Shown: positions 23,815-37,329 of the stretch, one piece after another
Layout: each line of letters starts with the position of its first letter
How positions within the stretch are numbered: the stretch's first letter is position 1
From: Balamuthia mandrillaris
Taxonomy: Eukaryota
Direction: 5' to 3'
Assembly (NCBI GenBank): GCA_031835245.2
Contig: JAVKOQ020000034.1
Span: 186,001 to 250,000, forward strand
DNA length: 64,000 nucleotides
Notes under the pieces: model-generated
What the model saw: the letters and a program-made list of their open reading frames with translations, nothing else
The model's database searches: none
Told to the model about the DNA's origin: nothing
Translations under genes and position numbers: made by a program

Positions 23815-24660
23815 ATGAACTCGCAAGAGAGCAAGCAAGCCGAGAAGCTTGAACCTGGCACAGCCGTGCGAGGCGTGCGGCGGTTGGGCGTCGTCGGTCG
23901 TCACCTCTTCCGGTCCGACGCCAACGCCCTCTCTCCACAACCACGAAACACCATGGCCGAAAGAGCCGTGTGCATCAATCCCGTTGCCGCTGCTACTACC
24001 ACTCTTTCTGCCTCCTCCGAAGCATCCTCCTCGTCCGACTATCTCCACTTGGATGAGCTGCTGTCTGCATCCGAAAAGGAGATACGCTACCGCGTCCGTT
24101 CCTTTTCTCAGAAAGAAATCTTGCCCATTGTGAGTGCCAACATCTCTTTTTTTCTCTCTTTACTTCACTTCACCTCTCTTCTCGTTGGTTTGTTTCTCTT
24201 CTTCGTGTAGTGCTCATCTTTTTTTCACTTCCTCGTAGATCGATGATTATTACGAGCGTGCTGCGTTCCCCCATGAACTTTTGCCCAAGTTGGCAGCCTT
24301 GAACCTGTGCTCAGGCAATATCCAAGGCTACGGTTGCCCTGTTCGTTTTTCTCCTCTTCTTCTTTCCTCTTTCCTCTTTCCTCTTTCCTCTTTCCTCTTT
24401 CCTCCCCTCCTTCCTCTTTCCTCTTTCCTCTTTCCTCCTCCTCCTTCCTCCCTCCTCCTCCTCCTCCTTCTTCTTCTTCTTCTCTTCAATCTATTGTATA
24501 GTTACTCACTTCTACGCGAAATCAGAAAATGTCGGGACTAGAATGCGGTCTTGTGGCGATGGAACTGGCCAAAGTGGACGCTGGAATGGCCACCTTCTAT
24601 TCCATTTTGCAACCTATTTCCATGTTGTCCATCTACAAATCTGGTGGGAAGAAGAGAGAG

Positions 24661-24698
<38 letters not shown>

Positions 24699-25018
24699 AT
24701 ACTAATACTGCTTTATGATAGGAAGTGAAGAACAAAAGAAAGAATTGTTGCCCAAGATGGCCAGCCTGCAGTTGATAGGTTGTTTTGGATTGACTGAACC
24801 TGACGCTGGCAGGTTTACTTCCTCTGAAAACCATTCTTTTTCCATTATTCGTTTCTGCTTTCCTCCTAACGTATCACCACCCCATCTGTCAAACTTTGGT
24901 GAATCACAGTGACGCCAGCAATCTGTACACCACTGCTAAAAAAGTGGAAGGCGGATGGCTTTTGAATGGACGAAAGCGGTGGATTGGTAACGGTACCTTC
25001 GCAGGTTAGTCCCTCTCG

Positions 25019-25079
<61 letters not shown>

Positions 25080-26277
25080 TGCTCGCTCGCTCGTTTGCAT
25101 CTCTGATAATCGATATACAGATGTAATCATTATTTGGGCTATCAATGCCGATACCAAAAAAGTGCACGGCTTCATTGTACGAAAAGGTGCTTTATAATAA
25201 CTTCTATCTATTGGGCTTAAGTTTGGCTAACATATCTTTTTATTATGAACGTTAACAGGTGCTAGAGGTTTAAAGACAATCAAGATAGAAAATAAGATAG
25301 CGTTAAGGGCGGTCCAAAAGTACGTTACGTTTCCTTGTTCTTCTCTTTCTTTCAGTGCTGTTCTCTCTCTCTCTCTTTCTCTCTCTCGTGTCGCTTATCA
25401 GTTTATAAATGATCGCCACTAAATGAGGTAATGCCTTTATAGTGCTGATATAGTGCTGGAAGACTGTTTTGTTCCTGATCAAGACCAACTCGTGGCTGCC
25501 AAAGACTTCAAAACCGGACCTGCCAGTTCCTTGTTCCTCACTCGCATCATGGCTGGTGCCTTATCTTTCTTTTCTTTGTTTTTTGTACACCAGTCCTTCC
25601 ATTTAAATGCTCACGGCACCAACAGGATGGATAGCATTGGGAACCGCAATGGGAGCATACGAGCGCTGTCTTGCCTACTTAAAGCAGCGTCGCCAGTTTG
25701 GCGTACCGTTGGCTCGTCTTCAGATATTGCAGGAGAAAGTGGTGCGCATGTTGGGCACCATTCAGTGCATCACTCTGTTGTGTTGGCGGGTAAGCAGTCT
25801 TTATGATGCGCGTACCCTCAGCTTTGGTCAAGCCAGTCTTGCAAAGGTATTCGATTTCTTCATTCTTTACCTTTTTCTTCCTCTCCATTCTTCTCTCGGC
25901 TTGTCCGTACCAAATGCTAAACTGATGAAAAACCGAAAAGGCAACCAGCACAAGAATGGCAAGATCAGTGTTGAAGCTGGCAAGGGAGTGCATGGGCGGT
26001 AATGGAGTGGTGACCGACTTTGGAGTGGCGCGAGCTTTTGCCGACATCGAAGCCGTTTATACCTTTGAAGGCTCCTACGAGATCAATTCACTGTACCTAT
26101 CTTTTCTCTTCTCTTTTTATTATTGTTTATTGTCTTCTCTTCCTGTGTTTATTCTTTGTTTCTCTGTTTTCTCCAGATGTCTTTTATTGTTTTCTCTTTT
26201 GACCCTTTTCATCTATTTGTTGTAAAAACAGCATAACTGGAAGAGAGGTAACTGGACATGCTGCTTTCCGGCCTTGA
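23815..26277 (+). CDS. Acyl-CoA dehydrogenase-fold acyl-CoA oxidase (plant ACX4-like) with N-terminal PTS2
   Basis: Motifs [64 protein letters not shown] and [29 protein letters not shown] at 23881-23907. Confidence 0.9.
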
Positions 26278-26504
26278 GAGAGGTCTTGTCTTCTTGTTTT
26301 CATTTTGGTGCATTTACGTTTGCCATCGACATAAAATATTCAAAGAAGGCAACAAAGTCCCTTCGAAGAGAAACACGCAGAAACTGAATCTAACGGCTCT
26401 CAACTCTCCGATGAGACAGTGCGCAGGGCTCCTTTGGTTCTCTAGCCTGGTGGAGAAATAGACTTGATGGCAAGGACGATGGTTGGAAAGGAGAGAGGAG
26501 AGAG

Positions 26505-26586
26505 GAGAGAGCAGAGAGCAGAGAGCAGAGAGCAGAGAGCAGAGAGCAGAGAGCAGAGAGCAGAGAGCAGAGAGCAGAGAGCAGAG
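26505..26586. repeat. (AGAGCAG)n heptamer tandem repeat
   Basis: About 11 copies, seen directly. Confidence 0.9.
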
Positions 26587-27376
26587 AGGAGAGAGGAGAG
26601 GGGAGAGGGGAGAGAGGAGAGGAGAGAGGAGGGGGGAGAGAGGAGAGAGGAGAGAGGAGAAAGCAGAGAGCAGAGAGGAGAGAAGAGAGCAATGGCAGGG
26701 AGCAAAAAAAATAACAGGTTGCAGGTGGAACATCCTGAAGCAAAAGATCTGACATTGACTGTCATCCTCCGTCGTTTCGGGCGGCGATAGATCCCCAAAA
26801 CAAAAAAAAACAAAAAATGCTTTTGGCGGGATGACATTTTCCACCAGGAGATTGGAGAGAGGAGAGAGAGGGGAGAAAAGAGTGACAGAGGGAGACAATG
26901 GAGATAGGAGAGGGCGCAGCACGCATCAGGCATGGAGATATATTCGTGACGTGACGTTGGGCGACGTTGACAAGTAAGCCGGGGCCGGTTGTACCTTCTT
27001 TTTTTGGGCATTCAACATTTTCCTCTGCCCTGTCATCCGTTTCACTTTTTCGTTTTATTTTTTTCATTCTTTCGTTTTTTTTCTCTCTCTCTCTCTTTTG
27101 GAGCTCCACACAACACACGCAAACCTACCTGAACGAAAAAAATTTAAAAAAAAAAACGTAGCGACGACCAAAAAGCACCGGACGGAGGAAGAAGAAAGAT
27201 CAAAAAAAAACAACACTTTTGGCGGAACCAACAAGAGAAAAAAAAGAACCTCACTATTTAACCACAGTCACTCTCTCCAGTTTCTTTTCAATTTTTTTTT
27301 TGTTTCCCGTTTTGTTTTAATACTTCATTCATTTAGTCATTCATTCATTTCCCTTTTTTTTTATTTATTTATTACC

Positions 27377-28178
27377 ATGAACTCAACCCCACAATCTTCT
27401 TCTTTCTATCATCCGTTGTTTCCTCTGCTCCAACACAACACCACCACCACCAGAAGCAACAGCAACAGGCTCAACGCGCTGCACCACCGACGGAAGCGAC
27501 AGCAACAACAGCACCAGCAGCAAGCGATTGCCACTGGTACCGCTTGCTCGTTCTACTGCCACCGCCGCCGCAACACCCAGAGCCTCTACCGTTCCCTGGC
27601 CGCAGCTACCTCCTCGCGCCAGCTCCAACGCTCCACCTCTTTCCCCGCCTCGCCCGACCTGCTGCAAATGGTGAACTTGGCCCATGCCCTCCCTCCCCGT
27701 GCCGGCAAGCCCAGCTCCGCCACGACCGCCACGAATTCGTGTTTGGAGATGGACGCGTCTGCTGCTGTCTGGAGCATGTCGGAGCTGATGGACAAGCTCG
27801 ACCAGGTGGAGAAGAGGACGCTTGATGCAGCGGACGCAACCAATGAGGATGAGGGTGAATGGGAAGTGGGCGTGGAGGATCTGCCCAGCGAAGTCTTTGT
27901 GCTGATCTTCAGTTACTTGGAGGGGGAGGACCTCTTCGCTGCGTCTCGCACCTGCTTCTACTGGTATTCAGTGGCCCAAGGTACTTTCGGGTCCTTTGAG
28001 TGTTTTTTATTCTTTACTGTTTGCTTTCATTCTTTTAACTCCACATTCGGCCCAAAAAAAAATAGAACGTCTCTTGTGGAAACAGTTGTTGTTGCAGCAA
28101 GTCCCGATGCAGAAGCGCGCCACGGTCGAACCTAAGTTAAAGCAGAGCGTAGACTACTTAGAAGCCAGTGGTACCTCT

Positions 28179-28226
<48 letters not shown>

Positions 28227-29616
28227 CTCTCCCTTCGTTTGTTGTTTCTCTCAACTTCGAGGCTAAAAGAACCTTTTTGGTAAAGGATCGAACAACCAGT
28301 CAGGATGGAAGTGGCTTTGGCAGAATAATAAACGGTTGAAGGGAAGATGGAACAAAGGGAACTTCCAACGGGGATGCTTTACTGAGGGACACGATCAGGC
28401 CATTTTTTGTCTGAGCTTCGACAGAAAGTAAGTTCTCTCTCGCCTCCTCTTCTTCTCCGCTGAAGTCTAATATTTTATCGATAATTAGCTATCTTCTCAC
28501 TGGAAGTTCGGATCACACTGCCAAAGTATGGTCAACCACCGACCACTCCCTCCTTCACACGCTCAAAGGTCATTCTTATGCTGTTTGGTAGGTTCCTTTG
28601 TTCTTGTCCTTCGTTTCGTTTCTTAACTCACTTTAAAAATAAATGTAAAGGAGCGTCAAAGTAATACAAGATAGAGGAAGGCTGGTCACAGCATCTTATG
28701 ACTCAACCATCAAGTTATGGAATGCTGCCAGTGGTGAGTGCGAGTCCACTTTGCAAGGTCACACAAGTGCCATCTGGGCCACGGACTACCATGACACTCT
28801 TCTTGCCAGCGGTTCCACTGATGCTACCATTCGACGTAAGTTCTCTTTTTCCTTATTTTTTTCGCTTCAGCTCTTTGGGCTGGAGCTTATCATTGCTCAT
28901 TCGCTCATTCATTTACGTACTTGCAAAGTTTGGGATTTGGAGAAGCAGGTGCCGTTGCGTGTGTGGGAAGGTGAGCAAGACACAGTGTGGAGCTGTCAAC
29001 TGTTGGACGGTAATACGCTGGTCACTGGCGGATCCGATACTAGGATTTGGGACTTGCGTAAACCTTTTGCTCCCTCTGAGGTTAAACCTGTGGCTGTTCT
29101 TGATGGACACACAGATGGCGTTCGATGCTTACAAGCAGATGACTTCACTGTGGTATGTACCCTTATTAATCATCACTATTGCGCCACTAAAACTTCTTCA
29201 TCTGTTTTCTTTTTGTTATCATAGGTAAGTGGTTCATATGATGCTACAGCCAAGATTTGGGATAGAAGAACAGGAAAGAGCGTCCACAAGTTGGAGGAAC
29301 ACGAGGACAGCATCACCACCCTTCAATTCGATGACTTTGGCAGACTGGTGACTTCTTCCTTTGATGGAACGTTCAAAGTATGGGACCTGCAGACCGGAAA
29401 GTCGATCATTTCTTGGGATGGCTTTGAGGATGAGAAGGAGAACTATTTGCACAAGTCCTATGCGTTGCAGTTTGAAGATTCGCGAATGGTTTGTTCTCAT
29501 TCTTTTGGTTTTTGTTTTTGTGATTTAGTTTTCGATGGTTTTAACTCCTTTTTTTTTTTTTTGTTACACAGTATGTTGCAACAGAAGGAAAAGCGCCTGT
29601 AATTTATGTGTTCTGA
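27377..29616 (+). CDS. F-box/WD40-repeat protein (Cdc4/FBXW7/beta-TrCP-like architecture)
   Basis: F-box LPSEVFVLIFSYLEGEDLFAASRTCFYW, followed by several GH...WD repeats (e.g. LQGHTSAIW..LASGSTDATI, LDGHTDGVRCLQ..SGSYDATAKIWD). Confidence 0.92.
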
Positions 29617-30341
29617 ACAGAAGTAGAAAAAGCAACTGTAGAGAGAGAGAGAGAGAGAGAGAGAAAATCTAGTTTTATGTTTCTGTTTAGCACAGCAGTT
29701 TTGTTTTTTGTTTGTTTTTATCACCGCAACTTTTTTTTTTATTTTGAACAAATGCTTCAGCGTAGCTCATATTCATTCATTCTCCTGTTCTTCTTTTTTG
29801 ATGTTCACCCGCATCCTTCTGGACAGTTTCGGACCATCTCCAAAGTATTCAACAGCTGATATCCCCCTCCAAAAACAACGAGCACTCGACCAGAAACTTC
29901 CAACAGCCGCGAAACGGAGCCGTCCTAGTCTGCCGGAACAGGGTGCACAATAATAGCCACGGTGCAGTCGTGGTTTCTGCTTTTTGCCCGTGTCTTGCGT
30001 TGTGGTAGAGGGTAGGAGTAGCTCTGGTGCTAGAGAGTGTTTTAAAAAAAAAAACAATAGACGGGAAGCTTCAAACTAGTATCAGAAGGCTGGGCAAAAA
30101 AAAAAAGCAAAGAACAAGAACAATGAGGTCATTTTATAGCGTTTATTGTCACCGGCGTTATGTTACATGACAAAGAAAAAAAGCACGAAAGAGCATTGGA
30201 AAAAAAGACTTGCAGCAAAAACAAAAACCTAAATGGAAGGGAAAAGCATGCGAAGGAATGGATCATAAAACTGCTTGATAAAAACTCTTACGCGCTCTCG
30301 TGAAACGATCGGAAGTTTCGTTTACACGTTTTGTTTCAGCC

Positions 30342-32571
30342 TTAGGAACTGTCAGAAGAGGAAGAGCCTTCGTTGTCAGAGTCGGAAGCAACGGCCTCCT
30401 CCATCTCTTCCTCCTCAGAGATCTCAATCTTGGAACCGGTGCCGGTGGCGTAGGTCTGAGTCCTGTTCTTGAAGAACGACTCTCCTTCCTTGACGTTTAT
30501 TGCCCGGTCTTGCCACCAACGCAAGTTGGCAGGACTCAAGCCGAAGATAAGGAAGATTGTAAAACCTATTTGTTGTTGTTAGTTAATGAGAGAGAGGGAG
30601 CAAGGGAAGAGAAACAAAGAAACATACCACAAAAGCCGATGCTAGTGAAGGCTACGAGATGGAGACCGTAGGCTGGTCCTCCTGTTAAGTCGCAACTGTT
30701 GGGGTCAGGAGACATGAGCAGGCAAATCGTCCATTCCATAATGTCGTCGGTGTACTTCTCCGAGTTGGCAATGGCGTCGTAGACAGTTACCAGAGGGAAG
30801 AAATAGGTCAAGAAGATGGCAATAATGAAAGCCAACAACCGCCATTGGTTCACAAGGCCTGACCATCCCGAAGTCTTTGTGTGGTCGAGGGATAGGATTA
30901 GCTTTCGAATGGAGGAGAGGACAACAACGACAATGAAGAAGAGAGGGGAAAAGAACAAAACATACTCTCATGATCCAGATAATAACAAAGATCAACAAAA
31001 CAACGCCGGCAAAGAAGAACAGAGTAATGGGGAACCAGAAGAGGCCAAAAGAGTACCACAACGTCGGGGCTTGGAAGCCAGCATCGCGCTCATCGGCCTT
31101 TAAATGACGAGAACATGTGGTCAGCAATAGGAGCTACAGAGTAAAGCGTTCTTCACATGACAACTAACCTGATAGAGACAGATAGCAAGACCAAAGACGC
31201 AACCGACTTTCTCAACGGCGAGAGAAATGATGGCGATGATAATGGGGAATATCCAGGTGAAGATGTGCATGATCTTGAAGCGGTACTTGTCCGTCGTTTT
31301 CTTGAAGATAAGAGTGATGGCCATGTTCAAACATACGTTGAACCACCAAATGGTACAGTAGAGACCAATCCAGATGAAACCCAATCCTGGTAATCACAAT
31401 CATCAGAAAGATAGAACAAGAGACAAGAAGAAAAAGAAGAGAAGAGAAGCAAAGGAAAAGAATGCTAGAACTAAGGAACAAAAGGAGAGAAGAACGCACC
31501 GAAAACAACACCGGCGGGTTCGTATTCGTTTACGGTGATATCGTCCTTGCAACGCATATCCTGCCATCCATACAAGAAGCCCCACATAATATTCAAAGCC
31601 ATCAAACAGAAAGAAACAGCGACCCAAATGACCTGTATTAACCAAGAAAAGCAAATAAAGATTAAGTTCTCTTTGTTTGAAAATATAAAGAAAAGGAAAA
31701 GAATGCGTACCAAAGTATCCTTCTCTTCTTTCCAACGAAGAATGTGAGTGATGATAATGAACAAAGCGCCAAAGAAGGAGAAGAAAGAGCCGATGCCGAG
31801 GAGAAGATCGATGGCGTCCTGTTCCTCATCGGAGAAGTAAGGGGTGGGACATTTGGGGGCACAGTTGCCGCCGTCACCGGAAACCAGCTCTCCTGGGCAT
31901 TCCTTGATAGGATACGTTCCTATAATTTTAAGAATGTGAGAAGGATATAGAGAAACGAGGAGAGGGAGAGAGACGAGGGAAAAGAGAAGAGAAGAGAAAA
32001 GAGAGAGAGAAAGAGAGAGAAGAGACAAACCTTGATAGTCCAAAGTGTTACAGTTATCCTCCATAAACATATCACAAGGGGGGAGCCCCTGAAGTTCCAC
32101 TCCGAAGCTCTGGAAGACGGGGCCGCAGGTTTGCAAGAAGAGCTCGCAGGTATCTCTGCAGACCACGGAGAAGTCTGCGCAGTTGCCGTAGAACGCTCCG
32201 CAAAGGAACTCCACTCCGACTTTCTGACACTCTGCTGGTGCCGCCGTCAAACCGTTAAAGAATCCACTTTTTTATATAAAAAATAAATAAATAAAAGGAT
32301 TAGAGAACAGAGAAGAAACGAATCAAAGCTTGTTTAAAAAAAATAAAACGTACTAGGCTTGTGCGTAAGTGGATTCGGGGGTGGCGCCCTGAGCCTCGGC
32401 CGTCAGGAACACCTGGGGGAAGCTGATCATGCCGTCGCCGAGGCACTGAGGCGGCGCAATGGTGCTGTTGTAACAGGTCGGGAGTTGTGCGTTGCTGCCG
32501 TGGAGGCAGAACAACATCACCAAAACAGAGACGACGAAGAAGAGCGACGAAGAAGAAGGCTGTCGGGACAT
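30342..32571 (-). CDS. Frizzled/Smoothened-like GPCR with Cys-rich extracellular domain
   Basis: Signal peptide, then CRD-like ECQKVGVEFLCGAFYGNC..VCRDTCELFLQTC, linker CAPKCPTPYFS, and multiple TM segments. NLRWW follows the last TM, then an acidic tail. Confidence 0.85.
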
Positions 32572-33432
32572 ATTTGTTTTTTTCTGTGGTGTCACTTGTG
32601 CTCTTTGGTGTTATTTTTTTTAAAAAAAAAAACAGTTGCAGCAGTAGCTCCCTTCTAAGATGATGAAAAAAATAAATCAAACAGCTCTCGTTGTTGGCCT
32701 CTTTTGTTGGTTATTTTTTCTGTTTGAAAGAGAGAGTCCGACTATTTTTTTTTTAAACAAAAGTATAACCAAGAGAGAGAGAGAAAGAGAGAGAAAGAAA
32801 GGAGAGCGGAAAAGAGGCGGTTAGTTACTCTGGGTTACCGCTTTGCAGAGCGCGAACTGTTTAAAGAAAAAAAAGGAAACAGCAAAAGAAGAGGCAAAAA
32901 AATATAATAAAGAAAATAAAGCTGATTGTTTTTGTTTTTTTTTTATCGTTTCCGTTACAGTAATCTCGGCTACGTCATTCCTATCATGGGCCCCCTTTTA
33001 TTGCGCAATTCATTCCAATCCCTTCATTCATTTGGGCAAAGAATGCGCCATTAAAAGGATTTGTCGACAGATAAAGCGGTGCGAAAAGGAAATTTTCCTG
33101 GTGTAACGATCATCGATAATTATTGTTGAGGAGATAAAATGTTGACAGGTCGATATCAAAAAGGAAATTTTTTTCGTTTTTATGGTAAAAGTTTGGCGGA
33201 ATATCGTTGATTTTGATATTTTATAAACGAACAGTTGGATTTGTTGGGATTATTTTTGTCATTAGACGATATTGTGTTTTTTGTTAAGGATTTTGTGAGT
33301 GAGAGCATAGATATGATACAGGAACGAAGCGAGAGAGAAAAAAAGCAAGCGACCAAACTCAGTGACGACCGGCTTTTATGAGTACTACAAGAAAGTAACG
33401 CAAGCATTGATGTTTTTCTTTGGGTTAGAAAA

Positions 33433-36400
33433 TCAAACAATAAAAAAAGGAATGTTAGCGACAAATAACGCTTGGGATAAAGTTGAGCAGGACAGGAATG
33501 GATGGTACATACTTGGAGAAACGGCGGTTAAAGCTAAAACCGTTAAACCGCTAGCAGAAGGCCTACCCTCCATTTCTATTCCCAGTTCCATTGTCTTTTT
33601 CTGTTAATGTATTCATTTAGTTTTGTTGTTCAAACGACAAACATAGTAGTGCAGAGAGAGAGAGAGCGAGAGATAAGAGAGAATGTAGGGGAGAGAAACG
33701 AAAAAAGAGGGAAAGCGATAAGAGGAGAGAGAGAGAGAGAGAGAAGACAATATTAATACGAACACTTTTGATGGTGATTTCTTGTGGAGTGGCTTGTACA
33801 GAACAACCAGCAGGTAATGTCATCTATCAGATAGAACGGGAGGGAGGAGCGTGAGTAGTGATAACCATGTTTGAAAACAAGGTTGTCCTTACCAAGGGAC
33901 TGGATACCCGAATGTTGACGCTCTTCTTTGAGTTGTTGGTAACGGTCAGAATGTTTGCTCCTGGTCCACTAAACTGGAATAGCGTTGCGTCCAGTTCTAC
34001 CTTTGGTCCTCTGTAACTCTCTTTTTCTCTTGGTTAAACCTGGCAAGAAGGAAGGAAAAAAAAACAAGAAGAAAGCAAGGTAGAGAGAGAGAGCACATAC
34101 TTTCAGAGGTGAGAGTAGAGATGGCACGGTGCTGAATGCTAACAAAGGCTTCCGGTGAAGCCGCAGCAAAACATGCAGAGACATCTTCTCCAGCAGGGAC
34201 ATCCGGTTGAGTCGATGTTCTGTTTTTGTTTTTGCTATGTTAACTCAAAGCCAACAAGAGGAACAAAGGAACAGAAGAAGGCAAAGAAGATCAGTACGCC
34301 AGAAGCATTTTAAGAACAGCAGAGTAATGCACGTCTTCGGTTAAAGCAAAGTGAGTGATGCCGCATGATATCTTGCTAATGTATGAGTTCTTCACGTCGT
34401 TTAACTTCCTAAAGAATGGGGAATGAGTTGTCATGCCTTCCCCACAAAGCTTGCCCGCCAACCAAACTATTCCTCCTATTGTTAGACGGAGGTCAGTCAG
34501 TCCTGAAGACGAAGAAAAAGAAAGCGAGGAAGGTGGGGAGGCAGGTAGGAAGAAGGAATGTACCTGTTGAGATGACGGCAGTATTGTCCTGCCCGCATTC
34601 CACGTAAACGAGCTTCCACGCCTTGTTGCCTTCTAAGCTGATCTTAGTAGGCCCTTTGGTTGGCTTTCTGCCTTGTCCCAGTTGACAGAAGTCGTTTCCT
34701 CCCCAAGTGTATAACTCTCCTTTTTTGTTGAAACAACAAAGCATCATGAGAAACAGAACACGAACGAAAGAACAAAAGCAATAAGGAAAGGTAACCTTTA
34801 GTAGTAATGGCCGCAGTATGTTTGTCTCCGCAGGAGACCATGGAAACGTTGTTAAGAGCAGGCACAAAGGTAGGCTCGGCGACGACCGAGCTAGACGTCT
34901 TTATTCCCAGCTGCCTCCATTTGTTATAACCCCAACAAAAGAGATTGCCGTCGCCTATCATTGAATTCTTGTTAGGCGAACAGAAGAAGAAGGAGAAGAA
35001 GAAGCAGAAGAACAAGAACAAGAAGAAGAACAAGAAGAACAAGAAGCAAGAAGAAGTGGAACTAAGAAGAACAAGAACAATAGGGAAGATGAAGAGAAGA
35101 GCCTTACGAGAAACAGCGGCAGTATGATGAGCGCCACAGCTGATCTGACATATCTGGCTTTGAGAGGGAAATACGATGAGCCTGGGTCTTAGGCTTTGGT
35201 CGGCTTTCGGAGTATACCCCAGCTGCCCTTCATCGTTGCATCCCCACGTGTACACTCCCAGTGCTGTTTGTTGTTTGCGTTGTAGAAAGGGATGGTTACC
35301 AACGAAAGCAGAAAGAAGTGAAGAAGAAGGTTGAAGTACATGTAAGACAAGCTGTGTGTGCGGTTCCACAGCTCGCTTGAATGGGCACGCCCTCTATGCC
35401 AGTAACCCAGCTAGGCCCCCTCTTCAACAGGGTGGGATTGCCCAGTCCCAATTGGCCGCTCACCTGAAACTTGCCGCTCATGTTCAGCTTCGCTCTCTTG
35501 CCGAGGAGAGAGCAGTTGATGTTGAAGCCCCAGCTGACCACTTTGCCGTCGGTGGTGATGGCGCAGGAGTGGAGAGGGCCCGAGTCGACGTGGCGAATGC
35601 TGAGCTCTTGCGCAGTGAGCTCGGCGTCGCCGGGAGCGCTGGTGTTCAGGCCTTTGACCACCGGGTCCAGCTCCTTGGGACCCACTATCACTAACCTCTT
35701 TCCTCCTTCGTTTGTTTCAAAGAGGAGAGAACGTGAGAAAGATAAGGGAGGAGAAAGAAAGAGCGAGAGAGAGAAAGAGAGCGCAAGCAAAAACAAAGAA
35801 CGAGAGAAGAAGAGAAGCAAACCTTTAACACCGACAATTATGTTGTGACCACAAGAGATATGCGTCCAATCCTTGCCCTTGAACGTCTTCACGCTCCGCA
35901 TCTGATCCAAGGCATGGATGTTGGTGTGCCAAGTGGCCTCTCTCACGTATTCCGCCAGGCCGGCGTGGGTAATGTCGTCCTGCGCCAGGTAGGCAAGGTG
36001 CTTCTCCACGAGGGCTTGATGGCTCATGCAAAAGATGCCGGCGACGCGAATGGCTTGCGGTCGTTGCGGCTGCTGAAGAGCGGCCAGCGGAGAAGAAAGA
36101 GGAGAGGAAGAGGAAGCAGAAGAGGAGGAAGAAGGGATGACGGAAGTGGTGGAACGACTGATGCGTGCCCATGCGGAGGAAGGCTTGGGAGCCGGGCTGG
36201 GGAGCTGTGCGAGGCTGCTTGACTTGGTGCTGCGAAAGAGCTGTTTCGCCACTATCCTCTGTGCGTTATAAGGCAGACATGAGATAAGTTAGGGGAGAGG
36301 AAACGAGAGAACACAAGAGAAGAAGCTGAAAAACAAAACCTCAGTTTCGGAGTAACGCGCAGAGGTGGCTCCGGCGACGGTGTCCCTCCTCCGGGCTATC

Positions 36401-37329
36401 TTCCTCAACGCCTTGAGCTCCTTGCTCAGGTGCTTGCCTTCGTCATCCCGCTCGCTCTCCGTGTCGCTCTCGCTCTGCGACTTGCTCTCCGAACAGCCGC
36501 CCAGGGCGCTCTCCTCTGACTCCTGCTGTTCCATCACTCCAACCGAGGAGAAGCTGGCCTTCGAGGGGGCAGCAGACGGAGAAGCGGGCATGGCGTTGTA
36601 CTCTGACTCCGACTCGCCTGCTGTGATCAGGTTCTTTGGAGGCATTATAACGGAGCATCGGCTGTCGGCTCTCATCCTGGAGTACGTTTTCGGCGACTTG
36701 GTCGACACGTTGTTGGTGGAGGAGAAAGAGAAGTCGCTCACCTCCTCGTCCGTCAGCAGGGCTTCTTCCTCTTCCTTATCGTTGTTGGTAATGCTCTCCG
36801 ACATAGAGGACGCGCCCTCAAACACCCAATCCAAGAGTTTGTCCGCCGAAGACAGGTCTTTCGGTTTGTTCTTCAACAGACTCGTCATTGAAGTGGTTTT
36901 CGTTGTGGTGGTGGTGGACGACTGGCTCTTACTTCTCGTGTCTGCCCTGCTCTCCGTTATCGTTTCGGCCTCCTCCTCTTCCTGCTGCTCTTTGATGGGT
37001 GGAGTTCCAGACGAACCGTGTTGTTTGCCCTCGTTCGAGGGAGAAGGAGAAGAAGGAGAGGTTACGAGTTTGACGTAGAGAAGGTCACCATTGTCGAGGA
37101 GGTCGGGGTCGTCGACCTCTCCTCCGCCTTGTTCGGGGGAGAGGCAGAGGTGATAGGAGCGGGTGCCAAGGGAGGGAACGATCTCCTCCACTTTGGTCTG
37201 GAGCTCGGCCCAAGTGTTGGGACAGACGAAGAGCTTCCGCCGCTCGCTCTGCTGTTGCTCGGAGGGCCCGTCGAGAGGTTCCAACCAGACCAGCGTCAGC
37301 CTTCTTCTTCCTCCTCCTCCTCCGCTCAT
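33433..37329 (-). CDS. RCC1-repeat protein with an N-terminal KHA/DCX-like ubiquitin-fold domain; 3' end uncertain
   Basis: Repeated SCG..HTA...G.VYTWGCN..GQLG motifs. N-terminal KLFVCPNTWAEL...GGEVDDPDLLDNGDLLYV. Confidence 0.8.

Noticed and set aside
26300..27011. Possible minus-strand spliced gene between the ACX4-like and F-box genes
   Set aside because: It has intron-like pyrimidine tracts, but I could not build a consistent spliced ORF.
29770..30060. ORF-like sequence between the convergent F-box and GPCR genes
   Set aside because: No ATG-initiated credible ORF and no recognisable motif.
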